From Chiloscyllium plagiosum (lineage: Eukaryota), in contig NC_057719.1 of NCBI RefSeq assembly GCF_004010195.1, positions 10,314,206 through 10,378,205 on the forward strand: a DNA stretch of 64,000 nt, given 5' to 3'. Shown piece after piece: positions 61,904 to 64,000 of the stretch; position 1 is the first letter of the stretch, and every line of letters begins with the position of its first letter. Position numbers and translations under genes: made by a program. A model generated the notes under the pieces. It worked only from the letters and a program-made list of their open reading frames with translations, did no database searches and was not told the DNA's origin.

Positions 61904-62133
61904 TGGAGGTGGGTACTGCAGATACTGGAGATTAGAGTCAAAAATTAGAGTGGTGCTAGAAAAGCACAGCAGGTCAGGCAGCATCTGAGGAACAGGAAGA
62001 TTGATGTTTCGGGCAAAAGCCCTTCATCAGCTCATTCCTGATGAAGGGCTTTTGCCTGAAACATTGATCCTCCTGCTCCTCGGATGCTGCTTGACCTGCT
62101 GTGCTTTTCCAGCACCACTCTAATCTTGACAAC
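61904..62133. mobile_element. Short inverted PLE element (family A) with two hammerhead cores
   Basis: tttcgggcaaaagcccttcatcag ctcattc ctgatgaagggcttttgcctgaaa; degenerate TSD cattctcctaaa / cattcttctgaa. Confidence 0.8.
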
Positions 62134-63174
62134 CATTCTTCTGAAGCCTAAACATTCACCAGCAAGTTTAATTAATCCAGCAGATCTTGTGATACATGCT
62201 TCCAACAAAACATAGCCAAATAAATTATATTTGGTTCATTTTGTTCTGGCCTCTGCTTATTTTTCAGACACAATAACATCAGCAAGTTACTTATCTAGTT
62301 CCATTATCCAGTAACGTAACAGTGAACTGTGATTCTATTGTTTTCTCGGTGTAATCAGAGATGGAATGGAGTGCAGAAATAATGCCTTATCCTTATGAAA
62401 ATGGAAACACTGCATGAGAAAGCCAATGCATTTTTAGCTGTACCTTCCAACGAGATGAACTTCACAGAATCAGAATCTTCACAGTGCAGGAGGCCATTCA
62501 GCCCAACGTAGTGCTATCCTTATGTTCTTTCCTGTAAGCCTGCATAGTGCTTAAATTCAAATGTTCATCTAGTGCCCTCTTTAATGTCTTGATTAACCCT
62601 TCCTGCTCCCAATCTTCCTGGCAATGCATTCCAGATCCAAACCACTTACTGTGTCAAAATGTTTATTCCCACATCATACTCACTTCCTTTGTAAACCATC
62701 TTAAACAAGACTGATGAGTGATGGGTATAGATGGCCATGTGGAGGACTGAAAGATTATGGTCACTATAATTCCCATGCTCATTCCCTTCAGTATTATTGG
62801 ATGCATCTCCAAAGTTTCAAAGACTCCAAATGAAATGACTCTGAGGCAGTCTTAAGCAGATCCTAGATGACAGGTGAAGTCACAATCCGAGTGAGGATGC
62901 TCATTTGCATTAAATAGCCACTCTCCCTTAAAATAAAATGCAAGTGGTGGTGACTTTAACTTTGCCTCAGATGTGTCATCATAAAAGACAAATATAGACT
63001 CCCTGCCAACAGTTATGTGGTGAACATTGACTATACCAGATGGTGAGCTGCCTTCCTGAGCCACTGCAGTCCTTGGAATGAATCATCCACAGTCGTGCTA
63101 GGAAAGAACTGAGCAACAATGAAGGTAAATTAATACAGTTACAAGTCAGGATTGTGCGTAGCTTGGATGGAAAC

Positions 63175-63810
63175 ATAGAAATATAGAAAATATGTACAGG
63201 AGCAGGCCATTCAGCCCTCCAAGCTTACACCACCATTCAATATGATTGTGGCTGGTCATCCATTTTCAGTACCTCACTTCAGCTTTCTCTCTGTACCCCT
63301 TGATTCCTTTAGCTGCAGGAGCCACGTCCAGCTCCCTCTTGAATATATCTAACGAGCTGGCCCCAACAGCTTTCTGTGGTAGAGAAGGGGTGGCACGGTG
63401 GCTCAGTGGTTAGCACTGCAGCCTCGCAGTGCCAGGGACCCAGGTCTGATCCCAGCCTGGGGTGTCAGTCTGTGTGGAGTTTGCACATTCTCCGTGTCTG
63501 CGTGGGTTTCCTCCGGGTGTACCGGTTTCCACCCACAATCCAAAGATGTGCAGGCCAGGGTGAATTGGCTTTGCTAAACTGTCCGTAATGTTCAGGGATG
63601 CGTAGGTTAGTCAGTAGGATAATAGGGGAAGGGAATGGGTTCGGGTGGGTGACTCTTCAGAGGGGTCAGTGTGGATTTGTTGGATTGAAGGGCCTGTTTC
63701 CACACTGTAGGGATTCTATATATCTAGAATTCCACAGGTTCACAACTCGGAGTGAAAAAAATTCTTCCTCAGCTCAGTCCTGAATGGCTTACGCCTTATT
63801 CTTAGACAGT
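63175..63810 (-). mobile_element. CR1 3' fragment interrupted by HE1
   Basis: Host reads ...ctttctgtggtagagaa | agaattccacaggttcacaac..., with tail catagaaatatagaa. Confidence 0.7.
63388..63720 (+). mobile_element. HE1-type V-SINE
   Basis: gggtggcacggtggctcagtggttagcactgcagcctcgcag...tttccacactgtagggattcta. Confidence 0.9.
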
Positions 63811-64000
63811 GAACTTTCATGTGATGGTGTTCCCAAGTATCTACTGCCCTTGTCCTACTTGGTGGCAGTGATCCTGAGTTTGGAAGGTGCTGGTTAAGAG
63901 GACTGTGTGAGATGCCAAAGGGCATTCTTATGTTCTGTCATGCTGGTGTGGGAAAAAGGAATGTTGCATACTTTCAGGTTTTTATTTGATTTATTCTCTG

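Overview
Eukaryotic, repeat-rich, AT-rich intronic or intergenic DNA, almost certainly from a cartilaginous fish (shark). The inference rests on about 13 HE1-type V-SINEs, many CR1/HER1-type LINE 3' fragments and SacSINE1-like SINEs. I recognised no complete host gene, tRNA/rRNA gene or CRISPR array. Nearly all ORF-track entries are repeat-derived, chance ORFs or read through N-gaps (20648-21247 and 50935-51038). Two possible minus-strand coding exons of an unidentified gene lie at 16994-17183 and 36008-36051. The most striking structure is a dense population of short Penelope-like-element (PLE) insertions from three families. Most are head-to-head inverted repeats flanked by 10-15 bp target-site duplications (TSDs). 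They carry a minimal hammerhead-ribozyme core (CUGANGA - stem II - GAAAC-GUH), and their inversion or truncation points cluster at that core. The window also has two probable solo LTRs in nested insertions, a Tc2-type MITE with TA TSD, Rex/Babar-like LINE fragments and a relatively young CR1 RT fragment. Family names come from recalled motifs, not database searches, and repeat boundaries are approximate unless a TSD or TIR is quoted.
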